Assembly (NCBI GenBank): GCA_029856435.1
Contig: JAHQXB010000027.1
Location: forward strand, 1 to 17,464
DNA length: 17,464 nt
DNA from: Candidatus Jordarchaeia archaeon
Lineage (GTDB): Archaea; Asgardarchaeota; Jordiarchaeia; Jordiarchaeales; Jordiarchaeaceae
Direction: 5' to 3'
The stretch's first letter is position 1. Each line of letters begins with the position of its first letter. The position numbers and the translations under genes were made by a program. The notes beneath the pieces are model-generated. The model had not been told where the DNA came from. It did no database searches and worked only from the letters and a program-made list of their open reading frames with translations. Shown one piece after another: positions 15,414 through 17,464 of this stretch.

Positions 15414-16502
15414 TTATTCTAGTGCTTGGCTTATTACTTTTGCGAAATCTTCGGGGGTTACTCCGGGGGTTTCTATTTCTTCTTTTTCGTAAAAGGAGCG
15501 AATTTTTCTGGTTATTTCCTCCCTGTTGGTTGGGATGCCAGTGAGGCTTTTCTCCAATTCCGCTAGCTTGTCCTGGGGATATATCCAGAAGTCTCCGCTA
15601 AACATTATTTCTTTTATGTGGTTTTCCTCGATTATCATGGTGACTCTTATTAGTCCTCCGGGTGCCTTATAGGCGGACTCAGAGACAGAGGTGGTTCCCG
15701 AAATTTTGACCCGCCTAGCTAAGTCTGGGTGGCGCATATATGAGAGGTTAAGCCATTCCTGGGATTCGTATTTCTTCCTTAACTCCTTCATGATTTCCTG
15801 CTCGCTGCTGGTCAGTTCTCCCAGTCTTAATTTTATGTTTAGGGTTTCCTCGTAGTTTTTTATGAGTAGGGATTTTATTTTTTCCGGGGGAACCTCGTGT
15901 CCCAGTTCTCTTTTTATGGTGGTCATTCTCTCCTCAAGGCTTTTTGCCACTTTGTCTCGGAACTTTTCGCTGGGAACCTTTAGAACCTTCACCATCATTT
16001 CAAAGTTGAAGTCCAAGATGATGTTTCCAGTTAAAATGTTCACCACATTATCCACGGTGCCCGCTCCGTTTCCACTAATTTTTCTGCCACCCACCTCAAT
16101 GTCGTTTATGGGCTTGTACTGTGCAGGTATGCCCAAATCCTGATAAGTTTTTGTGGGCGCCTCCAAAAGCTTCCTGAAAAAGTCCTTTATGGAAACCGGA
16201 ACCTTGGGGCTTTTTTTACCCACAATTATCTGGTAGAAAAGCTGACCCCGATCCAAGTACACTGCCCCTCCCCCCAAGATTCTTCGAACAACAGGTATAC
16301 CCTGAGACTTGCAGAAGGAGTAATCCACTTCTTTTTCCAACTCCTGGTGATATCCAATACAGACCAATGGACTTTCTGGATAGCAGAGAATCAAAGTGTC
16401 AGGAACCAAATCCTTGCTCCTAGCTACTGCCACGGCCTCGTAAATGATTTGGGTGTCAACCGGAGGAAGGGCGCCTAAGTCTAAAAGCCTCCACTCCTCC
16501 AC
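15414..16502 (-). CDS. lplA: Lipoate-protein ligase (LplA with fused C-terminal accessory domain), about 362 aa
   Basis: Motifs RRILGGGAVYLD, NDIEVGGRKISGNG, and C-terminal KAPGGLIRV...FSGDF. The start is probably GTG 16502 (7 nt after GGAGGTG) rather than TTG 16508. Confidence 0.92.
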   Translation of the reverse strand: MEEWRLLDLGALPPVDTQIIYEAVAVARSKDLVPDTLILCYPESPLVCIGYHQELEKEVDYSFCKSQGIPVVRRILGGGAVYLDRGQLFYQIIVGKKSPKVPVSIKDFFRKLLEAPTKTYQDLGIPAQYKPINDIEVGGRKISGNGAGTVDNVVNILTGNIILDFNFEMMVKVLKVPSEKFRDKVAKSLEERMTTIKRELGHEVPPEKIKSLLIKNYEETLNIKLRLGELTSSEQEIMKELRKKYESQEWLNLSYMRHPDLARRVKISGTTSVSESAYKAPGGLIRVTMIIEENHIKEIMFSGDFWIYPQDKLAELEKSLTGIPTNREEITRKIRSFYEKEEIETPGVTPEDFAKVISQALE

Positions 16503-16544
16503 GCCCAAGCACCTCCAAAACTAAACTAAAAGACCCCAGATTCT

Positions 16545-16991
16545 CTACTTTAGACGCTCTTTTATCTCCTTATTTATCCAGTCCTTTATGGCACTCCCAG
16601 TGACAAGTTTAGATAATTCCGCCTCTAGGTTATCTGTCGGCTTAACCACCAGCAACCACCCTTTCCCATAGGGATCCTCGTTGATGATAGTAGGTTTCTT
16701 TTTAAGTTCGGGATTCACCTCCAAGATGGTGCCACTAATAGGCGCCTTAAGGGGGCCCACCCACTTCCCTGTTTCTATAGAGCCAAAGCTTTTATCCACC
16801 TCTATGGTTTTTCCCTCGGGTTTAAGCCTCACGAACAGAATTTTGCCCGCAGTTGCCTGGCCGAAGTCATCGAACCCAATTCTAGCCTTTTCATCCTCCA
16901 CCTTGACCCAACAGTGATCATTGTGATAGTATAAGTCCTCAGGAAGTTTAACAGTTACCTTTTCACCTTCCAAATCAAACGTTACATCCAC
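16545..16991 (-). CDS. gcvH: Glycine cleavage H-family lipoyl carrier (GcvH/LbpA-like), 148 aa
   Basis: Motifs LYYHNDHCWVKVE, lipoyl-Lys in SIETGKWVGPLKAPISG, and NEDPYGKGWL; GAGGTG RBS before the GTG start. Confidence 0.9.
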   Translation of the reverse strand: MDVTFDLEGEKVTVKLPEDLYYHNDHCWVKVEDEKARIGFDDFGQATAGKILFVRLKPEGKTIEVDKSFGSIETGKWVGPLKAPISGTILEVNPELKKKPTIINEDPYGKGWLLVVKPTDNLEAELSKLVTGSAIKDWINKEIKERLK

Positions 16992-17258
16992 ACTTCACAC
17001 CTCACTAAATAATAGTAATATAGCATAGTATAACCATTTTATTAACAGTTTTGGTCAACACCACCTGACTATACTTCTTGAAACCGTTCATACCCTTAAT
17101 AAGTAAATAGCCTTTTGTTACTCTTCCAATAGAGGCTCCTTTAAGCCCCTTCAAATTTGTGAGAAAATAGATAGGAATTGTCCCAAACCCACCCATTTTT
17201 TGAGATCGAAACTTTTAACCCCACGTTACCTAATTGCAGTCGAATTTCAACAGACAAA

Positions 17259-17302
17259 GTTTCCAAGACGCAAATCGGCCCTTAAACAGAGCAAAAATGA
17301 CC
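17259..17302. repeat. Second copy of a degenerate intergenic repeat of about 43 bp
   Basis: GTTTCCAAGACGCAAATCGGCCCTTAAACAGAGCAAAAATGACC versus 13853-13894 GTTTTAAGTCGCAAATCGGCTTTTGAAGCACAGAAAAATGCC, sharing an exact CGCAAATCGGC core. Confidence 0.45.
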
Positions 17303-17464
17303 TTTTAGAGCAAAAAAAAGAAAAAAACTTACAAAAACGTCCCCGTAAGAAATTGTAAAAGTTTTTTATCATTAGTTATATTGGTCTCCGTGAAAAAGAG
17401 GGCAAAAAACGCTTTTTTTGGGGAAAAGAAGACTTCATTAACCGTTTATGCCCGGGACACCAAA

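Noticed and set aside
638-16917. Antisense and short overlapping ORFs in the track (e.g. 1766..2044, 3086..3439, 3499..3870, 5143..5403, 6279..6545, 6441..6764, 10908..11276, 14557..14847, 15862..16143)
   Set aside because: They are mostly nested in well-supported genes, have low-complexity or mirror composition, and show no family features.
17005-17196. 63-aa ORF upstream of gcvH
   Set aside because: No clear RBS or recognisable motif; it lies in probable promoter DNA.
1-17464. CRISPR array, tRNA or rRNA genes
   Set aside because: No regularly spaced repeats or cloverleaf/rRNA signatures were seen on manual reading.

Overview
Archaeal chromosomal window, probably from an Asgard-type lineage. 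This is inferred from an archaeal-type selenoprotein selD paired with a eukaryote-like SECIS, plus GGAGGTG ribosome-binding sites. From left to right it holds: the 5' part of a probably decayed IS607 tnpA; A/V-type ATP synthase genes in three blocks (I on -, H and E on +, K and C on -); an AtpZ-like membrane protein; a stand-alone Mrp/complex I-like membrane-arm operon (split NuoJ, K, L, M, N/MrpD-like); selD; lplA; and a GcvH/LbpA-like lipoyl carrier. The main finding is selD, which the ORF track shows as two fragments. It reads as one 341-aa gene that needs three non-standard events: a probable CTG start, an in-frame UGA (Sec) decoded through a eukaryote-like 3' SECIS, and removal of a 30-nt stop-containing insertion (14826-14855). 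That insertion folds into a relaxed bulge-helix-bulge motif whose predicted tRNA-endonuclease cut sites fall exactly where they restore the conserved DVYA(M/I)GG motif. It is a candidate spliced mRNA micro-intron in an archaeal protein-coding gene.
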